DNA from: an uncultured Fibrobacteraceae bacterium
Lineage (GTDB): Bacteria; Krumholzibacteriota; Krumholzibacteriia; LZORAL124-64-63
Direction: 5' to 3'
Length of the DNA: 64,000 bases
Assembly: GCA_964384825.1 (NCBI GenBank)
Contig: CAYLMM010000003.1
Coordinates: forward strand, 48,463-112,462
Program-made: the position numbers and the translations under genes
Notes under the pieces: model-generated
Database searches by the model: none
Told to the model about the DNA's origin: nothing
Seen by the model: only the letters and a program-made list of their open reading frames with translations
Part shown: positions 37,542-46,784 of the stretch, piece after piece
Numbering within the stretch: position 1 is the first letter of the stretch
Layout: each line of letters starts with the position of its first letter

Positions 37542-38330
37542 TTGAATGCGGGCACGTCTCACCACATTCCGATCCGAGGAATCGCGCTCGTGCTCGGCTT
37601 CGCCCTCGCGGCCGTCCTGGCCGGATGCGCGGGCAACGGCCACGGCTCCCTGCGAACCGAGGTGCATCCCTATTCCGCCGAGGAAAAGGCCATGCTCGAG
37701 CAGGCCCGCCGCGCCGAGTACCGCCTGCACCCCGGGGACCAGGTCGATATCGTCTTCGACTACGCGGAAGGCCTCGACCAGTCCGGTCTGGTCGTGCTTC
37801 CCGACGGGCAGATCACTCTCGGGGGCATCGGCTCCGCCCGCGCCGCGGGCCTGACCGTCGCGGAATTCGACAGCGTCCTGACGGCATCCTTCGCGGAAAA
37901 CTACCGCGATCCCTCGCTTTCGGTCGTGGTCCGCAGCCTCGCCGAGAAGCAGGTCTACGTGCTGGGCGAGGTCGGCCGGCCGGGCCTGACCACCCTGCCG
38001 CAGCACGGAGCGAGCGTGCTGCAGGCGATCGCCGCCGCCGGCGGCTTCACGTCGCACGCCGATCCGGCCGAGGCCGTCGTGATCAGGGTTACGCCGGATG
38101 GGTACGTCTATCGCCACTGCGATCTGTCCCATCTCGAAAAGGGCGGCCTGGGCATGGCCGGCATGGTGGTGCTGAGCCCCTTCGACGTGATCTACGTGCC
38201 TCGTTCGCCGATCGGGGATCTGGCGTTCTTCACCAAGAACGTGCTGGGGACCGTGCTCGATCTCACCGACCTGTATTGGGATATCTACGCCATGAGCAAT
38301 CTGGACAAGGTCGACCGGTTGACGCGCTAG
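37542..38330 (+). CDS. polysaccharide export outer-membrane lipoprotein (Wza-like)
   Basis: The TTG start at 37542 is preceded by a CAAGGAGGAG RBS. The lipobox is LAGC. The Poly_export block is PGDQVDIVFDY, followed by an SLBB-like region. Confidence 0.75.
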   Translation: MNAGTSHHIPIRGIALVLGFALAAVLAGCAGNGHGSLRTEVHPYSAEEKAMLEQARRAEYRLHPGDQVDIVFDYAEGLDQSGLVVLPDGQITLGGIGSARAAGLTVAEFDSVLTASFAENYRDPSLSVVVRSLAEKQVYVLGEVGRPGLTTLPQHGASVLQAIAAAGGFTSHADPAEAVVIRVTPDGYVYRHCDLSHLEKGGLGMAGMVVLSPFDVIYVPRSPIGDLAFFTKNVLGTVLDLTDLYWDIYAMSNLDKVDRLTR

Positions 38331-38345
38331 GGGGAGAGGACCAAC

Positions 38346-39746
38346 ATGCAGCAGAACAATTCCGGCAATCCCGCCCCCTTGGCGTCTCGTTCCCGGAACT
38401 ATGATTTCAAGGAATTGCTGTCGATCATCATCCGCCGGCGCTGGATCATCCTGGCGATCACCCTGCCGATCATCCTGGCCGCCCTCGTCGGAACCCTGCG
38501 CACCACCAACTCGGTCACCGCGAGCACCCTGGTGATGGTCGAGCCCCGCCAGCCGGAGAACCCGACTCTCGGCGGCGTCTTCATCAACGACGATGTCGTG
38601 ATGAGCACCGCCGCCCAGTTGGCCATGAGCATTCCGGTCGCGCAGCGGGCGGCGGCGGCCGTGATCGATTCCGTCCGCTCCCTGGCCGAATCCGACCTCG
38701 CGCTGAGCAACCTCCATGACGAATCCGATCTGATGAGCGCGATGCTCGAGGGCGTCGATTGCCGTCAGCGCGCGGAGTCGAACATCCTGCAGATCACCTA
38801 CTCGCACCCCAACGCCCGGTTCTGCCTGTTGGTCGTGGGCGCCCTGACCGGAGCCTTCATCGACTACAACATCGAGCGGCGTCAGAATCCCCGCGCCATC
38901 GGCTACTATTCCGACCAGATCCGGTCCGTCCAGTCGGAGGTCGACAGCCTGATGACCATCCGCGCGCGGGTGCTCGATTCGGCCGGAATCTCCTCCTTCA
39001 CGGACAATCCCACCTCCAGCGTCAATCAGATCCGCTTCCTCGAGCAGGAATATTTCAGGGCCCGCTCACGGCGGATCGGGACCGAGGGGAAGTTGATTCG
39101 GCTGCGAAGGCTGCTGCGGGAGGATCCGGACTTCGTGCCGAAGGACGACAACCTGCGCGGTCTGAAGGCCACCTATGAAGCGCGTCTGGCCAGGATGGCC
39201 GAACTGAGGACGCGGTACAACGAGGGCACTCCCCAGATCCAGCATCAGCAGGAACTGATCGATTCCGCCCGCCGGGATCTGGACCGCGGCCGCCGCGACC
39301 ACGCCTCCTGGCTGGAACTCCAGCTCGAGGAGGCCCGCGGCATCGAGAATTCCCTTCGCGAGTCTGTCGAGCGGCAGTCCGACAGCCTGGAGGATTTCCC
39401 GGAAACCGCCCGGGTCGTCGATTCGCTGAACCTGCAGATCAAGGCGCGGCAGGACCTGCTCGAGAGCCTGCAGTTCAAGCGGGGGGAGGTGCGGCTGAAG
39501 TCCGACAGCGATATGCGCATCAGCAACATCGTTCCGATCAACGAGCCCTCGATCGAGAGCGTCGTCGCCGGCAGCAAGAAATTCCTCTACATGGGATTGG
39601 CCGTCTTCTTCGGCCTGGCCCTGGGCCTGATCTGCGCCCTGTTGATCGACAGCCAGGACCACCGTATATACGGGCCGCGCCAGGTCGAGCAGAATCTGGA
39701 CGTTCCGGTCCTGGGGGCCGTCTCCTCGGGCAGGAAGGGCGACTGA
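38346..39746 (+). CDS. polysaccharide co-polymerase / chain-length determinant (PCP, Wzz/GumC-like), no kinase domain
   Basis: An N-terminal TM helix WIILAITLPIILAALVG, a long coiled-coil periplasmic region and a C-terminal TM helix FLYMGLAVFFGLALGLICALLI. Confidence 0.75.
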   Translation: MQQNNSGNPAPLASRSRNYDFKELLSIIIRRRWIILAITLPIILAALVGTLRTTNSVTASTLVMVEPRQPENPTLGGVFINDDVVMSTAAQLAMSIPVAQRAAAAVIDSVRSLAESDLALSNLHDESDLMSAMLEGVDCRQRAESNILQITYSHPNARFCLLVVGALTGAFIDYNIERRQNPRAIGYYSDQIRSVQSEVDSLMTIRARVLDSAGISSFTDNPTSSVNQIRFLEQEYFRARSRRIGTEGKLIRLRRLLREDPDFVPKDDNLRGLKATYEARLARMAELRTRYNEGTPQIQHQQELIDSARRDLDRGRRDHASWLELQLEEARGIENSLRESVERQSDSLEDFPETARVVDSLNLQIKARQDLLESLQFKRGEVRLKSDSDMRISNIVPINEPSIESVVAGSKKFLYMGLAVFFGLALGLICALLIDSQDHRIYGPRQVEQNLDVPVLGAVSSGRKGD

Positions 39747-39750
39747 CGCC

Positions 39751-41259
39751 ATGCTGGAGCGGCCAGAGGTCCGGCCCCGGCTCGTCGATCGGTGGATGCG
39801 GATCGACACGATTTCCCTGTTCACGCCGCTGATCTTCCTGGCCGTGCTCGTGTTCTCCTTTTTCGTGGTTTCGCGTTTCGGCCTCCAGGCGCTGGTGTTC
39901 GCCCTGATCGGGATGATCGCCTTCGCGTTGATGACGCTGGTTTCGCTGCGCAACCTCAGCTTCGCGCTGATGTGCTGGTTCTTCTCGATGGCGGGCTTCC
40001 GCTGGATGGGCATGGTCAGGATGCCCGGCCTGCCCGACTTCTCCTTCGACCGCCTGTTCCTGGTCTGGATCATCGGCATCTTCCTGCTGCGGCTGATCCT
40101 GGACCGCCGGCGGCTGAAGGGGCCCTACGCGGCCGACGTCCTGGTCCTGCTGCAGGCCTTTTACGTGCTGATCCAGTTGAACGCGACGGGCTCCATCCAT
40201 ATCCATGCCTGGGTGATCAGCAGCCTTTCGCCGATGTTCGGTTTCTTCTACGGGAAATACGTGGTCGAAAGGGAGAACCAGATCCGGGACATCATGCTGT
40301 TCCTGCTGGGGTTGGCCATCTACTTCTCGTTCACCGCGATCGCCGAACATTTCCACTGGAACTCGCTGATCTGGCCCAAGCAGATCCTCGATTCCGACGT
40401 GGGGCATCTCTGGCAGCCGGGGCGGTCCCGCGGGCCGGTGATGCATCCGCCCTATTTCGGCCAGTTGCTGGCCATGCTGCTCCTGGTCCACTTCTACCTG
40501 TTCACCCGCCCGTGGGGGGGCGTGCGCCGGGCGCTGCTGTTCATCTCCCTGTTCATGTGCACCCTGGGGCTGTTCTTCGCCTACACCCGCGGTCCCTGGC
40601 TCGCCGCGGCCGTCGGAATCCTGACCCTGGCCGTTTTCCGTCCCAACTACCGCAAGGTGGTGGCCGTGGTCGTGATCGTGTGCGTCCTGGCCGGCGCCTT
40701 CGGCCTGTTGCAGGTGGCGGATACGGAGTTCCTGCAGAAGCGCATGGAGAACACCAACACCATCCAGAACCGGATGATCTTCCTGGCCAGCGCCTGGGGC
40801 ATGTTCAGGGACCACCCCGTGTTCGGGATCGGATATCTCAAATACACGAAATTCCGGGAGCAGTACTCCTTCGGCACCGAGGTGCCGTTCTACGGCTACG
40901 TCAGGCGATCTTTCAGCGAAGGCATGTCGATCCACGACATCTACATCGGGCGTCTGGCCGAGGAGGGCCTGGTGAGCGTGCTCCTGCTCGCGGCCTTCAC
41001 CTTCGTGATCCTGAGGACGTTGATAGCCAGGTGGAGGTCGGGCGTGTGCGGCCCCTGGTACGACCGCGATATGCTCGTGTTCATCCTGGCGGCGATGGTC
41101 TGCTATCATGTCGGGGGCATGGTCATCGATTACCGGAACTTCGATCTGCTGAACGTCTTCTACTACTTCTTCGCCGGAATCATCTACGGCTACAAGGGCC
41201 GGACGCCGGCCGCCGCACCCGCAGCCGCTCCGAGGGAAAAACGCGTCGGAGTCCGCTGA
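39751..41259 (+). CDS. O-antigen ligase / Wzy-like polysaccharide polymerase family membrane protein
   Basis: A ~12-TM protein with a large loop containing YTRGPWLAAAVG. Its position between the PCP and a flippase fits a polymerase/ligase role. Confidence 0.55.
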   Translation: MLERPEVRPRLVDRWMRIDTISLFTPLIFLAVLVFSFFVVSRFGLQALVFALIGMIAFALMTLVSLRNLSFALMCWFFSMAGFRWMGMVRMPGLPDFSFDRLFLVWIIGIFLLRLILDRRRLKGPYAADVLVLLQAFYVLIQLNATGSIHIHAWVISSLSPMFGFFYGKYVVERENQIRDIMLFLLGLAIYFSFTAIAEHFHWNSLIWPKQILDSDVGHLWQPGRSRGPVMHPPYFGQLLAMLLLVHFYLFTRPWGGVRRALLFISLFMCTLGLFFAYTRGPWLAAAVGILTLAVFRPNYRKVVAVVVIVCVLAGAFGLLQVADTEFLQKRMENTNTIQNRMIFLASAWGMFRDHPVFGIGYLKYTKFREQYSFGTEVPFYGYVRRSFSEGMSIHDIYIGRLAEEGLVSVLLLAAFTFVILRTLIARWRSGVCGPWYDRDMLVFILAAMVCYHVGGMVIDYRNFDLLNVFYYFFAGIIYGYKGRTPAAAPAAAPREKRVGVR

Positions 41260-42797
41260 TGACCGGATATCTGAAGAAGCATCTCTTCGAAGGCGAAATC
41301 CTGCGCCTGATGGCGATCATCCTGCTGATCAAGCCCCTGGGACTGCTGGCCCAGATGGTCCTGGCCGCGAGCTTCGGAGCGGGCGCCGATTACGATGCCT
41401 ACACGCTGGCCCTGTTCCTGGTCGGATACGTGTCTTCGGTGGGGGGGCAGGTGTTCTCGGCGATCGTGCTGCCCTACGTGATCCGTCTGCGGGCAAGCAT
41501 GTCCGAGCAGGGGGTTTTCGGCTTCCTCAACGCCGCGGTCCTCGGATTCCTGGCGCCCGCCGCCTTGGTCGCCCTGCTGCTGGCCCTCGGGGCGGAGCCT
41601 GCCGTTCGTCTAGCCGGACCCGGCCTTCCCGAAGAGACGCATCGTCTCGCCGTGCGCCTGGTGCGGCTGCTTGCGGTTCCCGGCGCGTTGGTCGTCGGCG
41701 TCGCGATGGCGCAATCGGTGCTTCATGCCCACGGCCGTTTCCGGCTCGCGACCGCCCTGCCGGCGGCCAACAGCGTGATCATGCTGTCCTGCGTCCTGCT
41801 GCTGCGCGAACGCCTGGGAATCCTGGCCGCGGCGCTGGGCTTCGGCGTCTCGGTCGCGGCGCGGCTGCTGCTGGCCGGCGGCGCGGCCTTCGCCCGCCGC
41901 TGCATGGGCGGCGCCCGGCCGTCCCTGCCGCCCGGCGCCGCCTCCCGGCTTTGGGCGTTGGGCTGGATGACGCTGGCGATCCAGGCCATCCTGGTTCTCT
42001 ACTCCTTCATCGACAAGGCTTTCGCCGCATCGCTGCCGCCCGGCGCCATCTCTTCGCTGAGTTACGCCATGACCTTCGTCGGCTTCGGCACCCAGCTCTT
42101 CTCGCTGACGCTGGTGACGGTCATGTTCACTCGGATGTCGCAGATGATCGCCGCCGGCGAGACGGAGCTCTGCGACCGCTACCTGGCGGAGAACGTGCGG
42201 CGCGTCTCGCAGCTGGTCGTTCCCGCCTCGATCATCGTCATGGCCGCTTCCGGCGAGATCGTGGGCGTCCTCTTCCAGCGGGGCGCGTTCACCTCTGCCG
42301 ACACGCTCCGCACCTCGGGGGTCCTGGCGATGTACGCCCTGGGCCTGCCTTGCTTCGTGGTCAACGGAGTGATAACGCGGGTCTTCTATTCGCTGCAGAG
42401 GATGCGTGAGAAGGTGTGGCTGGCGGCCATGTACCTCGGCACCAACGTGCTGGGCAACGCGCTGCTGATCGGGCCGCTGGGCGTCCGGGGACTGGCCCTG
42501 TCCTCGGCGATCTCGATCAATCTGCACGTTGCGACCTCGCTCTGGATCCTTCACCGGTACCGGATCGGCATCGACGGCCGGAAGCTGGGGTTCGTAATGG
42601 CCAGGGACTACGCGGTGGGTCTGGCGAGCTGGCTCGTCTATCGCTTCGCCGGGCCGGCGGCGATGCTGGATCGATGGAGCCCCGGGGGCGAGCCGGCCGC
42701 CTCCATCCTGACGGCCGCCGCACGCGCCGCCGTCATCGCGGCCCTGTTCGTGATTTGCCGTTCGCTCCTCGCCGCGTTCGGGCGCCATCGACGCTAG
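41259..42797 (+). CDS. MOP-superfamily flippase (MurJ/Wzx-like polysaccharide biosynthesis protein)
   Basis: Start at MTGYLKKHLFEGEILRLMAIILLIKPLG, 1 nt past the previous stop (TGATG). About 14 TM helices. Confidence 0.7.
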   Translation: MTGYLKKHLFEGEILRLMAIILLIKPLGLLAQMVLAASFGAGADYDAYTLALFLVGYVSSVGGQVFSAIVLPYVIRLRASMSEQGVFGFLNAAVLGFLAPAALVALLLALGAEPAVRLAGPGLPEETHRLAVRLVRLLAVPGALVVGVAMAQSVLHAHGRFRLATALPAANSVIMLSCVLLLRERLGILAAALGFGVSVAARLLLAGGAAFARRCMGGARPSLPPGAASRLWALGWMTLAIQAILVLYSFIDKAFAASLPPGAISSLSYAMTFVGFGTQLFSLTLVTVMFTRMSQMIAAGETELCDRYLAENVRRVSQLVVPASIIVMAASGEIVGVLFQRGAFTSADTLRTSGVLAMYALGLPCFVVNGVITRVFYSLQRMREKVWLAAMYLGTNVLGNALLIGPLGVRGLALSSAISINLHVATSLWILHRYRIGIDGRKLGFVMARDYAVGLASWLVYRFAGPAAMLDRWSPGGEPAASILTAAARAAVIAALFVICRSLLAAFGRHRR

Positions 42798-42935
42798 CGA
42801 CACCGGCGGACGGCTCCTCGCGAACGGGAACCGGGTGATTTCGTCTGGCCCGCGCGTGGACCGTCGGGTATCTTGAAGGCCGATTCGGCCGTTCGCCGCG
42901 CCGCCCTTACGGGCAGCCACTTACCTGGAAGAGGC

Positions 42936-44576
42936 ATGATGTATCTCGAACATTTCGGTCTGGTCTCCGACCCCTTCTCCCTGCGGCCGCACCTGCGGTT
43001 CCTCTACGACTCCACGCCTTTCGAGGAGACCATGTCCCACCTGGTCTACGGCCTCGAGAACGGCGAGGACATCATCGGGATCACCGGCGAGATCGGCACG
43101 GGCAAGACCATGGCCCTGCACAGCCTGCTCGAACACGTGCCCGCCACCCATGCGATGGTCCTGGTGAACGTGACCCAGCTCACCTTCGACGAGATGCTGA
43201 AGCTGATCCTCGAGGATCTCGACGTCCCGGTCTCGGGGCCGGTCGACCGGGGCGATCTGGTGGCCGCCCTGAAGCGCAAGACCGTCGAGCTGCAGCGGGC
43301 GGGCCGCCGGGTCCTGCTGGTCGTCGACGAGGCCCAGAACCTGGACGTCGAAGCTCTCGAGGGGCTGCGCCTGCTGACCAACATCGGCCAGCCGCGCGGA
43401 CAGGCCCTGCAGATCATCCTCTCCGGCCAGCCGGGGCTGAGCGAGAAACTCGATCGACCCGAACTGGCCCAGCTGAAGCAGCGGATCCGGGTGCATTACC
43501 ATCTGGACACCCTGGACATGAAGGAGACCCGCGAGTACGTCGACCATCGCCTGAGCGTCGCCGGCAGCACGCGCGAGATCTTCAGCGCCAAGGCCTTCGC
43601 CCGGGTCCACGAGCTTTCCGGGGGCGTTCCCCGGCTGGTGAACATCGTCGCCGACCGGGCTCTGCTCGCCGCCTTCGTCGACGGTTCCCGGACCGTGGAG
43701 GAGAAGCACGTCGAGCGGCAGGATCTGGTGCGCGCGCCCGGCGGAGCCTCGGCCGGCGCCTCCGCCGAACCGGCTCCGGATCCCGCCGCCTCCCGCGCGG
43801 CCGTTCCCGGTGACCAACCCGATGCGGGGCCGGATGCGGGGCCGGATGCGGAATCCGACGCCGAACCCGCGGCCGGCGCCGACTCCCGGCTGTCGGGAGG
43901 CTCCCTGGCTGTCCGGCGTCCCCGCCGGCGTACACCGATCGGGGCCGTGGCGGCGATCCTGACGGTCGTGGCCGTCCTGGTCTGGATCTTCGCCTTCGGC
44001 GGATTCGAGACCCTGCAGGACGCGGGCGTCGTCTCGTTCGGCGGCCAGGACGCCGGACGGGTCGCCCAGCCGGCGGCCGGAACGGCGTCATCCCCGGCGG
44101 ATCCGCGGCAGGATGCCGACCTGCCGGTCGAAGCGGCTTTCCCGCCGGACATGGCGGACGCCGAACCGCAGGACTCCGATGCGGCAGAGGCGGCGGCCGA
44201 TTCCGCGTCCCTGTCCGTCACCGCGGCGGCCGCTGCGGCGGAGATTGATTCCGCCGCCTCGGTTGCGGCTTCCCCCGCCGGCGCCCGGCCCGCGGAAGAC
44301 CCGTCCGGGCACGGCGAAAACGTGATCTCCGGAAGGCCCGACTCGGGTTATTACGTGCATGTGGGCTCGTTCCTCGACATCGCGCGCGCCGAGCGCCTGC
44401 GCGGGAGCCTGGCCGGCGATCTGCAGGCGATCATCTGGATCAAGGAGATCGGCGACAAGACCTGGAACCGCGTCTTCGTCGGTCCCTATCCGGACCAGGA
44501 CGCCGTCGGCGAAGCCGAGATTTTCCTGCGCGGCAACCCCGGGGTCGATTCCACGCTGATCCACAGGATCCGCTGA
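42936..44576 (+). CDS. ExeA/GspA-like AAA+ ATPase with a TM segment, an acidic repeat linker and a C-terminal SPOR (peptidoglycan-binding) domain
   Basis: The Walker A is GEIGTGKT and the Walker B is LLVVDEAQN. A TM helix AVAAILTVVAVLVWIFAF. The SPOR-like C-terminus is YYVHVGSF...IWIKEIGDKTWNRVFVGPY. Confidence 0.75.
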   Translation: MMYLEHFGLVSDPFSLRPHLRFLYDSTPFEETMSHLVYGLENGEDIIGITGEIGTGKTMALHSLLEHVPATHAMVLVNVTQLTFDEMLKLILEDLDVPVSGPVDRGDLVAALKRKTVELQRAGRRVLLVVDEAQNLDVEALEGLRLLTNIGQPRGQALQIILSGQPGLSEKLDRPELAQLKQRIRVHYHLDTLDMKETREYVDHRLSVAGSTREIFSAKAFARVHELSGGVPRLVNIVADRALLAAFVDGSRTVEEKHVERQDLVRAPGGASAGASAEPAPDPAASRAAVPGDQPDAGPDAGPDAESDAEPAAGADSRLSGGSLAVRRPRRRTPIGAVAAILTVVAVLVWIFAFGGFETLQDAGVVSFGGQDAGRVAQPAAGTASSPADPRQDADLPVEAAFPPDMADAEPQDSDAAEAAADSASLSVTAAAAAAEIDSAASVAASPAGARPAEDPSGHGENVISGRPDSGYYVHVGSFLDIARAERLRGSLAGDLQAIIWIKEIGDKTWNRVFVGPYPDQDAVGEAEIFLRGNPGVDSTLIHRIR

Positions 44577-44579
44577 GCC

Positions 44580-45809
44580 GTGAACGTCGAAGCGAAACGC
44601 CGTCCGCTGCGCGTCGCCCAGTTCATCGAGACCCTCGAGACCGGCGGCGCGGAGCATCTCGCCATCCAGATCGCCAACGGCCGGGCGGCCGCCGGCGACG
44701 CCTCGCACCTCTATGTCATGCGCGGCCCCGGAGCCCTGTCCCCGCGGATCGCCCCGGACGTCCGCGTGCGGTACCTGCGTTTCGAACGGGCCTCGATCGG
44801 CGCGCCGCCGCGATTCGCCGCCTCGCTGCTGCGCGGTTCACGGATGCTCCGCTCCCGGATGGACGAAGACCGGATCGACGTCCTGCAGACCCACCTGCCC
44901 GGATCCAATTATTGGGGGTTGCTGCTGCGCCTGCTGGGCGTGCGCGGGATCGTGCCGACCATCCACAACAACCAGGAATTCGGCTACGGAGAATCGGTCT
45001 CGGGATTCCGGATGCGATTGCGGCGCGCGGCCTACGGACTGATGCTGCGCCGCTGCCCGGCAACGGTCTGCGTTTCGGAGATGGTCAAGAGGTCGATGAT
45101 CGACGAGCTGGGGCTCGACCCGGGGACCGCCGCCCGAATGGCGGTGGTGCCCAACGGCGTGCCGGTGCCCGCGCGCCGCGATGCGGCCGTTCTGGCCGCG
45201 ACCCGGGAACGGTACGGCGTTCCCGCGGATTCCCCCTTCCTGCTGGCGGCCGGTCGGCACACCGAACAGAAGGATTTCCGGACCCTGATCGACGCCGTCG
45301 GACGGCTGCGCGCATCGGGCCGGCGGCCGCGGCTGGTGCTGGCGGGCGACGGTCCGCTGCGCGAGAGCCTGCGCGCGCAGGCCGAGGCCGGGGGACTCGC
45401 CGGGACCGTCATCCTGCCGGGCAACGTCGAAGATCTGGGCGACCTCTTCCAGGCGGCCGACATGTTCGTGATGAGTTCGCTCTGGGAAGGACTGCCCCTG
45501 GTCCTGCTCGAGGCGCTGGCTTCGGGCTGCGCCGTGGTGGGGACGCGCATTTCCGGCATCGACGAGATTCTCGGCGGCGGCGAGGGGGCGTCCGGCGCCG
45601 GGCTGCTGGTCCCGCCCGCCGATCCCGATGCGCTGGCCGAAGCGGTGGCCTCGCTGATCGACGATCCGCAGCGTCGCGCCGTTCTCGGCGCCGCCGGCCG
45701 CGCCCTGGTCGAGGATCGTTTCAGCTTCGCGCGGGTCGACCGCGATCTCGGCGAACTCTACGCCCGGGTGGCCGCCGGCCGCGCTCCGGAGCCGGAGGCC
45801 CGCGCATGA
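44580..45809 (+). CDS. GT4-family glycosyltransferase
   Basis: LRVAQFIETLETGGAEHL and SSLWEGLPLVLLEALASGCAVVGT (EX7E). The start is GTG. Confidence 0.75.
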   Translation: MNVEAKRRPLRVAQFIETLETGGAEHLAIQIANGRAAAGDASHLYVMRGPGALSPRIAPDVRVRYLRFERASIGAPPRFAASLLRGSRMLRSRMDEDRIDVLQTHLPGSNYWGLLLRLLGVRGIVPTIHNNQEFGYGESVSGFRMRLRRAAYGLMLRRCPATVCVSEMVKRSMIDELGLDPGTAARMAVVPNGVPVPARRDAAVLAATRERYGVPADSPFLLAAGRHTEQKDFRTLIDAVGRLRASGRRPRLVLAGDGPLRESLRAQAEAGGLAGTVILPGNVEDLGDLFQAADMFVMSSLWEGLPLVLLEALASGCAVVGTRISGIDEILGGGEGASGAGLLVPPADPDALAEAVASLIDDPQRRAVLGAAGRALVEDRFSFARVDRDLGELYARVAAGRAPEPEARA

Positions 45810-46660
45810 CCTTCCGCATCGCGCCGATCTCGTTCCTGAACACGTGGCCCCTGGTCGAGCCCCTGCGCGACCTCCCGCCCGGCGAGGTCGAGCTGACCTT
45901 CGACCTGCCGAGCCGGCTGCCGGATCTGCTGGCTTCGGGAGCCGCGGACGCGGCCCTGATCCCGGCGGTGGAGTATCTGCGCGGCGCGGGCGCGGCGATC
46001 GTGCCCGGGGTGGCCATCGGATCGGTGGGGCCGGTCGACAGCGTGAAGCTGTTCTACCGGGGCCCGCTGGCCTCGCTGCGCCGGATCGCCGTCGATCGCG
46101 GCAGCCGGACCTCGGTGGCCCTGATGCGGGTCCTGCTGGGCGAGATGTGCGGCATCGATCCCGAGCGGACGGCCCTGGAGCCCGATCCCGCCGATCCGCT
46201 GGCCGGGCAGGACGCCGCCCTGATCATCGGCGACCGCTGCTTCGAGGCCGAACGGACCCTGCGCGAATCCGGCCGCGACGACGTGCGCCGTCTGGACCTG
46301 GCCGCGGCCTGGCGCGATCTGACCGGGAAGCCCTTCGTCTTCGCCGTCTGGACGGTGAGCGAGGCTTTCCTGGCTTCGGCCTCGTCCGCCGAGAGGGACG
46401 CACTGACCGCCCTGCTGCGAGACGCGGCCCGCGGCGGGATGGACGCAATGCCGCGGCTCGCGTCCCGGGCCGTCGCCGAGGGCCTGCTGGGCGTCGGCGG
46501 CGTCTCGACGGTCGACGCCGTCAGCCGCTACTTCCGGGAATCGCTCGATTACGATCTCGGGGAGGAGCAACTGGCGGGGCTGCGCCTGTTCCGCGACATG
46601 GCCGCCGCCCGGGGTCTCTGCCCGCTCGGCCGCCGGCTCGTCCTGCTGCCCGGGGCCTGA
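45806..46660 (+). CDS. mqnA: MqnA/MqnD-family protein (futalosine-pathway menaquinone biosynthesis; chorismate dehydratase-like)
   Basis: The MTFRIAPISFLNTWPL N-terminus is typical of MqnA. About 284 aa. Its start overlaps the GT4 stop (ATGA). Confidence 0.65.
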   Translation: MTFRIAPISFLNTWPLVEPLRDLPPGEVELTFDLPSRLPDLLASGAADAALIPAVEYLRGAGAAIVPGVAIGSVGPVDSVKLFYRGPLASLRRIAVDRGSRTSVALMRVLLGEMCGIDPERTALEPDPADPLAGQDAALIIGDRCFEAERTLRESGRDDVRRLDLAAAWRDLTGKPFVFAVWTVSEAFLASASSAERDALTALLRDAARGGMDAMPRLASRAVAEGLLGVGGVSTVDAVSRYFRESLDYDLGEEQLAGLRLFRDMAAARGLCPLGRRLVLLPGA

Positions 46661-46784
46661 GCCTCGATGCCGCCGCGACGATCGCGGCGGCGGTGGCGAT
46701 CGTCTTGCCCGTTGGCTAGATTCTGCCTGTCGACGCGGCCCGCGGGGGCCGCATTCCATCACCGCATCCGTTCCTGGGAGCGTC

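Noticed and set aside
39792-42797. 1001-aa plus ORF
   Set aside because: Its front half is an alternative frame over the Wzy-like gene. Only the last 512 aa (from MTGYLKKH) are a genuine MOP flippase.
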